The notes under the pieces were generated by a model. That model was not told where the DNA came from and ran no database searches. It saw nothing but the letters and a program-made list of their open reading frames with translations. Positions 32,601 to 44,600 of a DNA stretch of 52,169 nucleotides are shown here, piece by piece. Every line of letters begins with the position of its first letter. The first letter of the stretch is position 1. The translations under genes and the position numbers were made by a program. This stretch comes from Candidatus Eiseniibacteriota bacterium (lineage in GTDB: Bacteria; Omnitrophota; Gorgyraeia; 2-02-FULL-51-18), in the NCBI GenBank assembly GCA_035496715.1, contig DATJEK010000131.1, positions 1-52,169 of the forward strand, given 5' to 3'.

Positions 32601-35600
32601 GCCGCCGCCTCGCGGGAATAGTTTTCCGCGAAGATCGAGCGGATCTCGGATTCCTGATACGTCCCCGCGGCGCGCTGCCGGAACACGAACTCCGCGGCCA
32701 GCGGCGCCGGCAGGCCTTCCAGCATCTCTCTCGCGAAAAAGATGCGGCCGCTGCGGGGTTCGTCCGCGCTCAGGAGGTAATCGTCCCGGTCGTCCCGTGT
32801 CACGAACCGGACGGACTTCACAACGCCGGGGAAGCGCGCCCACTCGGCGGCCTTCAGTTTCTCGAGCGCGGGCGCGAAGCTCTTCGAGGGGAACTTCACG
32901 GCGGCCTCGACCGCCTTGGCCTCGAGGATCGCCAGCACCTGGGTCCGGACGTCGGCGTCCTGCGTGTAAACGGAATAAATGTTGTGCTTCACCAGGTCCG
33001 CGAACTCCTCCGCGGAGGACAGACGCGCTCCCTCGGTGCTGCCCCGGCGGCCCTTGACGGAGCCGCGCACCGCCGCGTCGTCTATCGGGAGGTCTTTGAG
33101 CTTGTCGAGGAACCAGTGCCCCCCGTTCGTGTCGGCGTAGAGCGGCTCGGCCGGCGCGTCGAGGCGCTCGCCGTCGGAGCGGGCGTAACCGATCGTGGTC
33201 TCCAGCTGCGTGCGGCGGTATTTGTCGAGCCGGATCCCGAAGTCGGCCTGCAGGACGTCGAAACCCGCGTCCGGTTCGCGGAACGCCGACGCGAAGCCCG
33301 CGAGGAACACGTTGCCGACGGCCGCCGAATTCACGCCCAGATCGTCGACGCTGTCCGCCTGCGTTTCCCGCAAGAGCGGCGCGAGGATCAGGTCGTGGGG
33401 GATCGAGGCGAATTCGGTCTCGAACGAATACGCGCCGGCCGGGCGGATCGCGCGCTCGACGTCGCGCTTCTCGCCTTCGGCGAGCCGGGCGGTGAATTCC
33501 GAGACCTTGTCGGCGCGGCCGTGCACGAATTCATAATCGATGTCGATGACGTCGGGACGCGAACGCACGCCGGTCGAGGCCGGGCGCACGATGACGTTCG
33601 CGGGTTTCAGGTCCCCGAACAGGCAGCAGCGCGTTCCCGCGTACAGGCGGCCGGTCATCTCGCCCAGACCGTAGGCCACGTATTCGAGGAACGAGACGTC
33701 TTCGGGGGTCAGCGCGCCCGTCCGCTGGTAACGGGCGCCCATTTCCCGGAGGTTTCTCAGGAGGTCGTCGCCCGAAATGATCTCGCCGAACTGCACCAGC
33801 CGGCGCTCGCCGCGCACCGGCACCTCGATGAGGCGGTCGATGTGCGACGCCGGCATCGGGATCCCGGCCTCGCCCAGGAGACGCTCGAGCGCGCGGCTCA
33901 GATGATATTCTTGTTCGCTTCCCGAGGCAGGGCCGCGCTTCGAAAGCGGCTGCTGATCGACCTTCGCGAAGAACCGGTCCTCCTTTTCGTCGGTGCGGAT
34001 CATCACCGTGTAGGCGAAGCGGTTGGCGCCCTGGCCGAGCTGGCCGAGCTCCACCGGCACCGTGCGCCGGCGGATCACCGTCGTGTTTTCGAGCGTCGCC
34101 CGGCCGGGAAGTGCGGCCAGGCGGTCCTGGATGTAAAAGCGTCCCGTTTCCGTGCGCGTGAAGAGCGCCTCGAGCACCGCGATGTTGGCGATGTCCCCGA
34201 ACGGCTCGTCGTAGATCATGACCTGGCGCTCGAGCGTGCGCCGGATCGTGCGCTCGTCCTCCTCGCCGATGGCCTGCGCCGGTTCCCGGCGGGCGCGCTC
34301 GCGCAGGTGCGCGATCACTTCGTCGATCTCCGTCTTTCGGAACCGGCGAAGCTCCTCTTCCCGGAAGAGCTCGGTCGGAAGAGTCTCTTCGGAGAGGCGC
34401 GCCCCCAAGGCAGGCGTTCCGGGGTAGCGGGCGTCGGCCGCGGGTTCGGCGAAATTCACCCGCAGGAGACGTTTGAGATACGTTTTCAGTTCGTTGACCT
34501 CGCGCGGGGAAGGCGCCAGCGGTCCCACCGGCGCGGCGAACCGGTCGATCTGCTCGTCGATCTTCTCCTGCATCCGGGCGGCGCGTCCCTCCCTGAGGCT
34601 CTCGAAGAACTGGAAAAGATATTCCTGCAGCCCCGGCCTGACGTCGGGAGAGAAGTCCAGCGCGGCCTGCGCGACCGTGATCCCCCAGGCGAAATCGTCC
34701 ATGCGGGGCGAACGGTGCTCCGTGTCGAGGTTCCAGCCGTCGACGTCCGCCGGGTAATATCCCGGCGTCCCCGTCCTGAAATTCAGCCCGCGCTCGAGCG
34801 CCGTCTGGAGCTTGTCTCCCGTATCCAGCGTGGACCCGAGATCGACGATCATCGCGGAGAAGGGCCGGTCGAGCCGGAAGAAGGATTCGGACACCCAGAT
34901 GTTCGCGGGCTTCAGATCGCGGTGGATCAGCCCCGCGCGCCGCATCGCCTGCCTCGATTCGTCGACGTCGCGCAAAAGCTCGGCCTTCCTCGAAAAGGGA
35001 ATCCGGTCCCAGCGGGTGTCGTCCCGGATGATGTCGGCGAGCGAGCGGCCCGGAGGATAGACCTCCTGGACGACGGCGAGCTCGCCGGCGTCACCGGAGA
35101 GCGCCGCGCGAATGCGCGCTTCATAGGTCCGCCGGGAGTCGAGCAGGCCGGGCACCAGCCCCGAGGCCTCTTCCACGATCAGCGTCGCGGCGTATGCCCG
35201 GAGCGCCGTGATCAGTTCGCGCGGCTGCCTGAGCGGCGCCGGAAAGTCCGAACGGGCGCCGTCACGATTGACCTTTTCCGCCGGATCCGTGAACGCGGAG
35301 AGAAGCTGCAAGGCGGAGAGTTTTCGTTGAGCGAGAGTCCCCTCCGTCCGCAAAGACGGCCGCTTGAGCGGAAGGCGGAACGCCGCGTCCCAGCCGTCGA
35401 TTTGGACCCGATAGACCGCGGACTGCCCTCCGCGGCCCAGAAGGCTCGAGCGCAGTTCCTGGCGGACGCCGCCGACGAGACGGTAGAAAACCGGTTTCTT
35501 GCCGTACGCGCCTTCGACGCGCACGCCGTCCAGGACCGAGAGCCGGGCGCCCTGGGGGCGTTGGACGGCGTCGTAGTGGAAGTGGGCGCCCGCGTACTGG

Positions 35601-38600
35601 GTCAACGTATCCGCCAGACGCCGGGTATCAACCATCGGCGCGTCCGTCCAGCGGATGATGATCTCGTTTCCGAAAAGACGCTCGCGCAGGTAGACGCCCC
35701 CGTCGTGTTCCTGGGCCATGATCCGTTTGGTGAGGAGGCCGGCCTTCTGCCAGGCGCGCAGCTCACGGACGATATCCGCGGCCGGGACGCCGGCGGACGT
35801 TTTCACGTAAATCTTTTTCTCGCCGACGGCGATGAATTCTCCGGTCTCGTCGGAACCGGCCTGCACGCCGGCGAGCCGGGCGCCGGCCCACTCCCGGACG
35901 AACCGCGCGAGACTTTCATATCCTTTTCGCGTCTCGTCCGGCGTCCGGCTCACCCAGAAGAAGGGATGCAGGATGATCCGGTTGGAGAAGGGCTCGGTGC
36001 GGGTCGCCGGCGAGGTCTTGAAAAGCGGCTCCAGCAGCTCCCGGTGGGCGTGGGGATCAAGGAGCGTCTCCACCGCGTCGACGGGCGTCCCGGCGGTCCT
36101 GGGGAAGCCCTCCAGGAACCGGTGGAAGAAACTCCATCCCAGCCCCATCACGGAAAATCCTCTCGCCGCGTCCTCCGCGGCGGATTGCTCGATCCAGCCC
36201 AGGATCGCTTCGCCGTGCTCGGCGACGAGCTCTCTCAGCCCGGCCGGGACCTTCGCGGGATCCAGAGTGCGCACGCCGTACAGGAACCCGACGACTCCCC
36301 TTTTCAGGCGGTCGCGCGACACGCGGTCCAAGCCGCCGCGGCGCAGACGCTCGAGCGCGTATCGCAGGACTCCCGTCGTGGCTTCCACGTCCACCGCGTC
36401 GACGTGATAAACGAAGTGATGGCCCGTCACCGCCAGATCCGCCGCGGCGACGCCGTCGAGATCGGCGTCGGGCAGCGCGAGCATGTTTCTCGAAAGCGTC
36501 AGAAACGCGTCGCGGATCACGGAATACATGGCCTCGGGACCGCCTTCCATCGGGTAATACGGAGAGAGCGAGGAAAGAAGGAGCGCCGGGAGGGAAAGAT
36601 AGGCCCCGCGCCTGTCCGCGGGAGATTCGCGCAGGCGCTCGTTGTAGGCGGCGATCGATCGTTTGAGGGCGGCCGTGGCTTCGCTCCTTTGGACCGCGTC
36701 CCAGACAGGAAGCGTCTCGAGCAGGTAGACTGCCGCCGCCTGCAGGGCCCCTTCGGGGGATTTTTGACCGCCCGGGACCGAAGACAGGTCCGTCGAGAGG
36801 ATCATCTGGGAGCCCGCGGCGAGACCCGACCAGAAGCGGCCCGTAAGATCGGCATAATCGTCCGCGGCGGCGTCCAGGCCCTTGTCGCCGACGAGGCGCT
36901 CGAAATCGGAAAGACGCTCGACGAAAAATTGCGCGCGCTCGGAGGCGGAGAGGCGCGCGCCGGGCGCCGGGACCGGGACGCCGTTGACGACCTCGGGTTC
37001 GAAGTCCGAAGAGGGTTCCAGGCCGAGCAATCTCTCGGTGATCGCCGAAAGCGCCGACAGCGTGTTTTTTTCCACTCCCGCTCCCGCGTCGGCCGTCGAG
37101 GCCGCGATGTGCGGCACGAGGATCACGCGCCCTTTCAGCGCCTCCGCGCGAAGCGGCGCGACCTCGGGGAGCTCCGTCCCCTTGGAAGCCAGGTCCACGT
37201 CCGCCACGACCGTGACTCCGCGCGCCGCCAGCGCCGCCACGTCGGAAGGCGCGATCGCCTGGAGCCTGGACGTGTTGAGGACGGCCGAGAGGCCGGTGTT
37301 TTGAGAAAGCGGTCCCGACGGAAGCGCGCCCGCCTCGCCGGGAAGATGGATCGAAAGAACGCTTGAAGCGCGAAGGAGGTCGTCGCGCTTCATCGGGGTC
37401 ACGCCGAGGCGTCGAGCCTCGTCGAGGCGCGCCGGGGCGCCCGACTCCAGGGACGGCGACCAGGCGGCCACTTCGAAATTCACGCCCGAAACGGCCTTCA
37501 GCGCCCGCAGCTTGGCGGCGAACGCCTGCGCCACCGGGCCGAAGCCGACCAGACCGACGATCTTCCCTTCGAGCGGCGACAGGACCGCGCGCGCGTTGTC
37601 CGGCGACACGTTGCCGAAAACGCGGGCGGCTTCGGCCGGATCCATCGCGCCGCGGCCGGCTTTCACCGACTTGGCGAGAGCCGCGGGCCACTCGGCGAGC
37701 GGGACGTCGAACACGGCCTTCCACGCCGGATCCGCGGAAACGTCGACCGCGCCCGGAGCGCGCGAGGAAGAGCCGAGCGCGTATAAAAGGAAGCGCAGGG
37801 ACAGGTTCGCCACCGAATTGGCGTTGCCGTGCGTGCGGACGACCGAAATGCCGGCCTCGCGTGCGGCGGCCGTGTCGATGTTGTCCACGCCGGCTCCCGC
37901 GCGCACGATGACGCGCACGCCCGACGCGGCGGCGAACTTGAGAAATTCCGGCTTCCCGAACGCCTTGGTGTCCGAACGCACGACGACGACGGCCGGCCGT
38001 TCGGCGGCCAGAAGGGACCCGAGCGCGGCCTCGTCCTTTCCGATGCCGACCGTCGCGACCAGGGACGCCCGGCCGTCGAACGACCCGGCCAGCGCGCCGA
38101 TCTCGGCGACGGTCCCGTCGGAGGCGGGCTTGTCGGCCAGGAGGATCTTCACGTCCTGGGCGAGCCTCGCTCCGCCCGGCAGGAAAAACGCCCGGATCTC
38201 CTCGAGAAGCCGGGGATCGTCGTCGCGGAGATTCCGCACCGCGGCTTCGATGGACGGGCCCTGGGACTCGACGATCCGCAGATAGGCGTCCAGGAATTGT
38301 TCCGAGGCTCGGTCGAGAGGTTCCGTCCAGTACGGCTTCTCGCCCGCCGCGGCTCCGTCTTTTCCGAAGCTGGTCAGATAGATCGCCGTCAGGTCCGCGA
38401 TCCGCAGGGCCTCGAGCGTATGGATGTCCCACCCGTGTTCCCCGTCGAACCCGGACAGGCGGTCCACGGCGAGCGAAAACCGCTCCCAGGAGTCACGCCG
38501 GAAACGGGAGGGCAGCAGCTCTCGGCGGTAGCCCGCCGCCGCGAGGGCGGCCTCCACGACCTGCGGGCGATATTCGGCCGGCAGCGCGGCCTCGAAGGCC

Positions 38601-41600
38601 TCGCGCAGCGCCAGGGCCGACCGCGCAATTTCCCGCCCTTCCTCGGTAGCGGCCAGGCGCGCGCCGAACACGGACCTCGCTTCGTGCTCGCTGAATGCCG
38701 TCCTGCCGTCGACGCTCAAGAGCACCAGGTCCTCGCTGTCTTTCGGGCGGACCGTGATCACGTGGCGCCTCTCGGAGGAGTAGCCGCGCGTGCCTTCGGG
38801 CATTTCCCAAATCTCGGTGAGGTACGGATAGACCTGACGCTCTTCCTGATCCTCGAGGCTCACTTTCAGGGAGGCCAGCCTTACCGGAGGAGGATTCAGG
38901 ATCGAATGGTTCTTGATCGCGCGAAGCGTCGCGGCGTCGGCCGGATCGGACCCGGATTTTTCGACGTAACACCGCTGCGCCGCGATCTCGAGAGCCCCGC
39001 TCCCGTCGGCCACGCGGAACCGGAGATGGCCGGGAGCGGCGTTGATCGGCAGATCGATGAGCGGATAAGGGGTCCCGTCCACCACGGCCACGAGCTGGTC
39101 GGTCGCACCCCCGTCGTGCGGCGCGATCTCGCTGCCCACGATGAGCCTCTTCGAAAACCGCAGCCACGTCGTCGAACGGTCCGCGAGATCGGCGCGCGCG
39201 ATGTAAAATCCTTTCAGGTCCCGCCCGACGACGACGCGGGCATTGGACGGGCCGTCGCCGATCGTGAAGATCAATCGCTGCCAGGGGCCCAGCGCCAGGG
39301 TCGTCTTCCCCTCGAAAGCCGTCGCGGCCAGGCGCGCGCCGCGGTAGGAAACCTCCTCTTCCAGGAAGGCCTTGAACTTCTTGGTGCTGATGCGGTTGGA
39401 CTCGTTCACGGGATACACGAGCTTCGCGTAGGCGGCGGCGTTCTTCTCGGTCAGGACGAAGGGCTCGAATCCCGCCTTCAGGAGGACGTAATTCATGATG
39501 AGGTTGGAGGTGCGCTTGTTGCCGTCGTGGAAGCCCTGCAGGTTCACGAGGCCCGTGAAGACGCGCGCGGCGACCGTGATCGCGTAGTCCGGGTCCGCCT
39601 CGATGCGCTGCGCGACCTCGTCCGAGAAGAGATAGGCGAAGACGGCCTGCATCTCGTCGAACTTGTCGGCGTCGTAGAAACCGGCGCCACTGATCAGGCC
39701 TTTTTTGCTCAGCGCCATGTGGAAATCCCTGAACTCCGTGGCCAGCCAGCGCGGCGCCATCGGCCCGTTCATGACGAGCTTGTTGAACCGCCGGATGGCC
39801 GTCCCGTACTGCCGGATCGCCTGTTCGTTGAACGTCTCCGGGTCGAAATGCTGGTCCGGGTCCTCGATCTTGTCGTTGATCTCGCGGAGTCTGCGGCCCA
39901 TCGTGCGCAGGCGGCGCAGCACCAGCCGCTCGTCCAGGCCCTTCTCGATCTCCCGGTCGTACCAGTGGCTGCCCGTTTCGGCGGCGGGCGAAGCGGCCGC
40001 GATCAGCGCGTCCTCGAGGACCGAGTCGAAATCGGCGAACCGGTTGCCGGTGGAGGGGATGAGGCTCTGGATCCCCTCGAGGACGCGGAGCGCCGCCAGC
40101 TTTTGCCCGTGCTCGGCGAATTCTTTGGCGCCTTCGAGCCTCTCCCGGGCGCGCGTGATGAAAATCTGCTCGGCGGCGCTCATCGGATAGGCGGAGTGGC
40201 GCGCCCTCTCGAGGACGATGTCGAGCCTCGAGAGCGTGTTGGCGAAACTGGCCAGACGCGCGCCGGACGTCGGCTGAGCGCCGTGCGGAGGAAGCGCGGC
40301 GAGCGCCGCCCGCTCGTCCGCGTCGGGGTTCAGCGCGATCGCGTAGGCGCTGAACGGCTCCAGGAATCCGCGCCGGACGAAGCGGTCTCGCAGGTAGACC
40401 GGATAGCCCATCGCCGCGCTGTCGAGAAACGGCGGATACCAGGTGTCTCCGCGCACCGCGTGCACGCCGTCGGCGGCCAGGCCGTCCAGGAGCGCCTTGC
40501 GGACCGGCACCGCGAGCTTTCCGCCGCGGTACGCGGGATGGAGCAGGAAATCCGCGATGATCACGTCGTTTTCCTTGAAACCGACTCGCTCGTATCCGGG
40601 CGTCAGCGGCCTCTCCCCTTCGCTCAGGGCGAACTCATGGCGCTTCACCTCGGTGAACGGCACCGCCAGGACGAAACCGACCGGGACCGAGGGGTTTTTG
40701 TCGTCGGAGAAAACGTAGGCGCGGCCTTTCGGGACGCGGGGGTTGATCTTTTCCAGCAGAAGCGCGTCCTGCGCCTCCCGCTCGACACCGCGGATCTGGC
40801 TCTGGACGTAGCGGGCCTCCCGGGCGGTGACGCGCTCGGGCACGAGCAGGGTGTCGCGCAGCTCGTTGTCGGGCTGGGGCGTGCCGTAACGAGACATCTT
40901 GAACGAGCGGTCGATGAAGAGCGGCTCGAACGCCTTCGTGTCGAAAATCCGCAGGAATTCTTTCATGTCGACTTTTTTGGCGCGGATGCCGCCGCCCAGA
41001 TCGATCTGCTCATAGGCCAGCCGCGCCCCGGAAAATCCGGAGCGGGCCGCTTCGTCCGCGGTCAGGACGGCCGACGCGGGGAGCCCCGCCTTTTCCAGCG
41101 CGCGCCGCACCGTCTCGCCGGCCGCCCCGGAGAGGTCCGACATCGGCGGAGGACCGTCGTTGATGCGGCTCATCGACGCGCGCTCGATCGGCACCTGCAC
41201 GCGGTCGAGCTCCTCTTTCTGGCGCTCCACTTCGACGCGGAACCGCTCGCGCGCCGCCGCCGAAGAAAAGTCGACGGTGTCGAACGCCAGCAGTCCCTCG
41301 AAACCGCGGGTCAGCTCGGGGCGTCCGCTGAGCGCCGCGTACTCGGAAAGCGTCTGCCGGGCGTTGAAAACCACCTGGTCGGCGAAAAACATCGGCTCGT
41401 CCACGCTCGCGTCGGGCACGAGGGCCGGCCTCTGCGAGGGGTAGTTCAGCCCGAAGCTCCGCTGGTTCTCCTCGAGGTCGGCGCCCGACAGGCCGATGAC
41501 GAGCTGGCCCGGAAGGCCGGTCACTTCGGCGCGGTCCCAGACGCCTCGATAAAAAAACATCCTGAAATCGGGCGGAAGAGACCCCTCCTCGAGGAGCTCC

Positions 41601-44600
41601 TTCACCGCCACTTTCACGGTCATCTCGGTGATCGAATGGGCGCCGTGGTCCATGAACCCTTCGCCGTTGACGACGACCATCTTCGGCTTTTCGTCCCGGA
41701 GGATGTTCTTCATCCGCTCCAGGTCGGCGCGCTTGGCCGTGCCCTGACGCTCCTGGGCGTACCAGCTCGAGCTGATCGGGTAATGGATGTCGGCGTGCGC
41801 GACGCCGCGCGCCATGAGCTCGGTCTGCTCCTCGGGAAAGCGCAGGAAGACCTTGATGTCCTGCATGAGCTTCAGGTCCGTCGACCCCCAGCGCGGCTTG
41901 GCGTCCGAATAGGCGCCGAGCGCCTCACGGACGGCGCGCACGGCGGCCTGGTTCGCGAGCCGTCCTTTCAGGCCCGACTGGAAATTCATGCGCAGAAGGA
42001 GGAGCTTCGCCCGCAGCTCTTGTTCGCGCGCGGGCATCAAAGACCAGGTGTCGAAATTCTCGGGGTTCCCGGTGAGCGTCTTCCCCTTCAGGACTTCGAT
42101 GAGCTCGCGAAGGTATTTTTCGTCGGCCGCGCGGAACGAGGCCTCGCTCGCGGCTTCGGCGGCGACCGCCGCCGTGTCGGTGTCCGAAAATTCGGCCGCG
42201 CGCGAGAGCGCCGCGAGCGCGTAGGCGTCGGCCACGGCGGTATATCCCGGAGCCGTATAAAAGGAAGCCAGCCGCTGTCCGGCCTTGCCGGCCGGGGCCG
42301 CCCACTGGCTCACCTGGAACTGGGCCGCCAGCGAAAGGTCGTCGAGATGCGGGCCGATGTGGACGATCGTGTCGCCGGGCGCCAGACCCAGCCGGGCGGT
42401 GACTTCTTCCGGCCGCACCAGGCTCGCTTCGACGGCCGACGCGGTGCGCCCGCGCAGCGACTCCCAGGACTCGGAAGCCGTGAGCGCCGCCAGGTGCGTC
42501 CTGCGGATGGCGAGGATCCGCGCGTCTTCCTTGCCGGCGGATTCCAGAAAATCGGAGACCTCGAGCGCGCGGACGGGCTTCCCCGTCTCCTTCGACAGCG
42601 CGATGAAAAGCCGCGCGCGCATCGCCTCGGTCCATTCCACGTCGTGGAAATCCCACGGGTGCGTCTGGTAGCGCAGCGTGCCCGAAGAGCTGGGCTCGGT
42701 GATGAGGACGCTGCCTTCCCCGCCGGCGCGCAGCGCGGTGACCGGATAATCCGGCGACGCGTCGCCCTCGACGAAGCGGCGGACCGACTCGCGTTTTTCC
42801 TTGCCGTTGATGATCGTGATCACCGTCGGCGACCCGAGAAGGAGCTCGCGGGGCCCCAGCGTCACTCCGCCGATGCGGATTTTCCCGTCGGCCGTCTTGA
42901 AGTGCTGCATGCCGCCGCGGTCCTTGATGTTGCCGGCGGCCGCGTGATAGCTGAGCAGCTGCAGCGTCACGCCCTGGTCGAAGGCGGTGCCCTTTTCGTT
43001 GAACGCGATGTGGCCCTCGCCGGTGTACGAAGGCCCCGCGCTGAAGAGGACCACGTCCGCGCCGCCGCGGTCGGTGACGAGCCGCGACATCGACCGCGCG
43101 TAGGCGTCCAGGGCCTCCAGATACGCGCGCTGCGGATGACCCGCCTCCAGCGTCCCTTTCAGGAAATCGTCCAGCCGGATCCCCTCGCGGTCGATGGATT
43201 CGTTCACGGCGCGGAACGCCGCCGCGTCGAGGCGGTTGGCGTCCGGGCGGTCGATGTCGCCGCTCGAGACGTCGCCGTAGAAAAGCCGGCGCTTGTCGCC
43301 GCGGATGCCGATCTTGTCGAACGCGTGATTCAGCTCGTTGGCGTACGAATAATAGTCGTCCCGCGACTGCGGGAAGATGCTGTCCAGATGCGACGCGAAC
43401 ACGCGTCCCATGTCGGGTTTTTCCGAAAGGTCCACCCCGGCGGACGCCAGGAACGTCCGTGTCGGCTCGTCCCAGTTGCCCCAGGCGTTGAGATAGGAGG
43501 CGAGCGTCGTCAGGCCCAGCCACTGGGTGTTGCCGGTGGCGAAGAGGATGAACACGTCCCGGTCCTTCTGTCCCGCCTCGTCGTATTGCCGGCGTTTTTT
43601 CTGGATGGCGCCCAGGAGCGCCGCGGCCTGGAGCGCGCCCGTGTGCGCGATGTCCTCTCCGATCCGGAGCTTCGTCTTCCCGGCGCGGCCGAACACCTCT
43701 TCGTAGAGCGCGATCCCCTCGGGCCGGCCGTCGGACAGAGCCAGGCGGGCGCCGGGCGGGTTCGCCGTCGAACGCGCGACGATGGTTTTCCACGCGCGGG
43801 CGCCGACGCTCGACTCGGCGAGGCTGCGCTCGAGGCGGGCGACGGTCATCGCCCGGAATTCGTCCTCATGGACGGCCACGAAGAGGCCCGCCATCTGCGC
43901 GGAAGCGAAACTCTGGTGCCAGCCGAATCCGTCGAAGCCGAAACGCCGCAGGAGCGCGTTCACGGGCTGGAGGATGAGGTTGAGCGGCCAGATGTAGCCC
44001 GTCGGCCGTTCGACCGCGCGCGGGAACACGTAGATTTTGAGCGCGTCGCCGTCCCGCTTGACCGCCGCCAGGTCGAAATCGATGCTCATGGATTTGAGAA
44101 CCGCGTTGATCCGGCGAAGCCAGGCCTTCAACGCCTCCGGCCGCCCCTCCAGCACGAAACCCCTGGCCTTCCATCCGCTCAGCTCCCGGACCGAGACCTC
44201 GTCGCTCGTGAAAAGCGGCAGCGACGCCGCCCGCTCGACCGGAAGCGTCCCGTCGGGGAAGATCTTCCTCATCTCGCTCCAGGGATACAGCTGGTTGTGG
44301 TCATGACCCAGAACGGACGCGCCGCCCTTCACGCCTTCGTTGCGGAAGGTGACGTACGCCGAAGCCGAATCCGCAAGATCCACGAACGTGTCGGCCCCGC
44401 CGTCGGTGAGGACCTGCGGCCGGTGAGCGGTCGCGATGTCGAGCTCGGTGCCCCGGACGGTCGGAAAATCGTTGGTCCGGACCGTACGGTCGGCCCAGGA
44501 AACGCGCGTGCGCGCGTCGTCGAACGTGTCGAGGCAGAGCGGGCAGCGGTCCTTCGGATAAAGCCTCGTGTCGGCGGCCTTGCGCGCGGGATTCAGGATG

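Noticed and set aside
33476-33490. Near-match TARLA inside kinase-like module 15 (aa 5446-5450)
   Set aside because: It lacks the invariant Gly and lies within a domain rather than at a boundary, so I did not count it as a junction motif.
26277-43793. Alternative-frame minus-strand ORFs inside giant 2 (26277..28802 841 aa, 36057..38432 791 aa, 41925..43793 622 aa, 31488..32843 451 aa, 29382..30488 368 aa)
   Set aside because: They are R/G/P-rich out-of-frame translations without motifs. The main frame contains the recognisable domains across these same coordinates.
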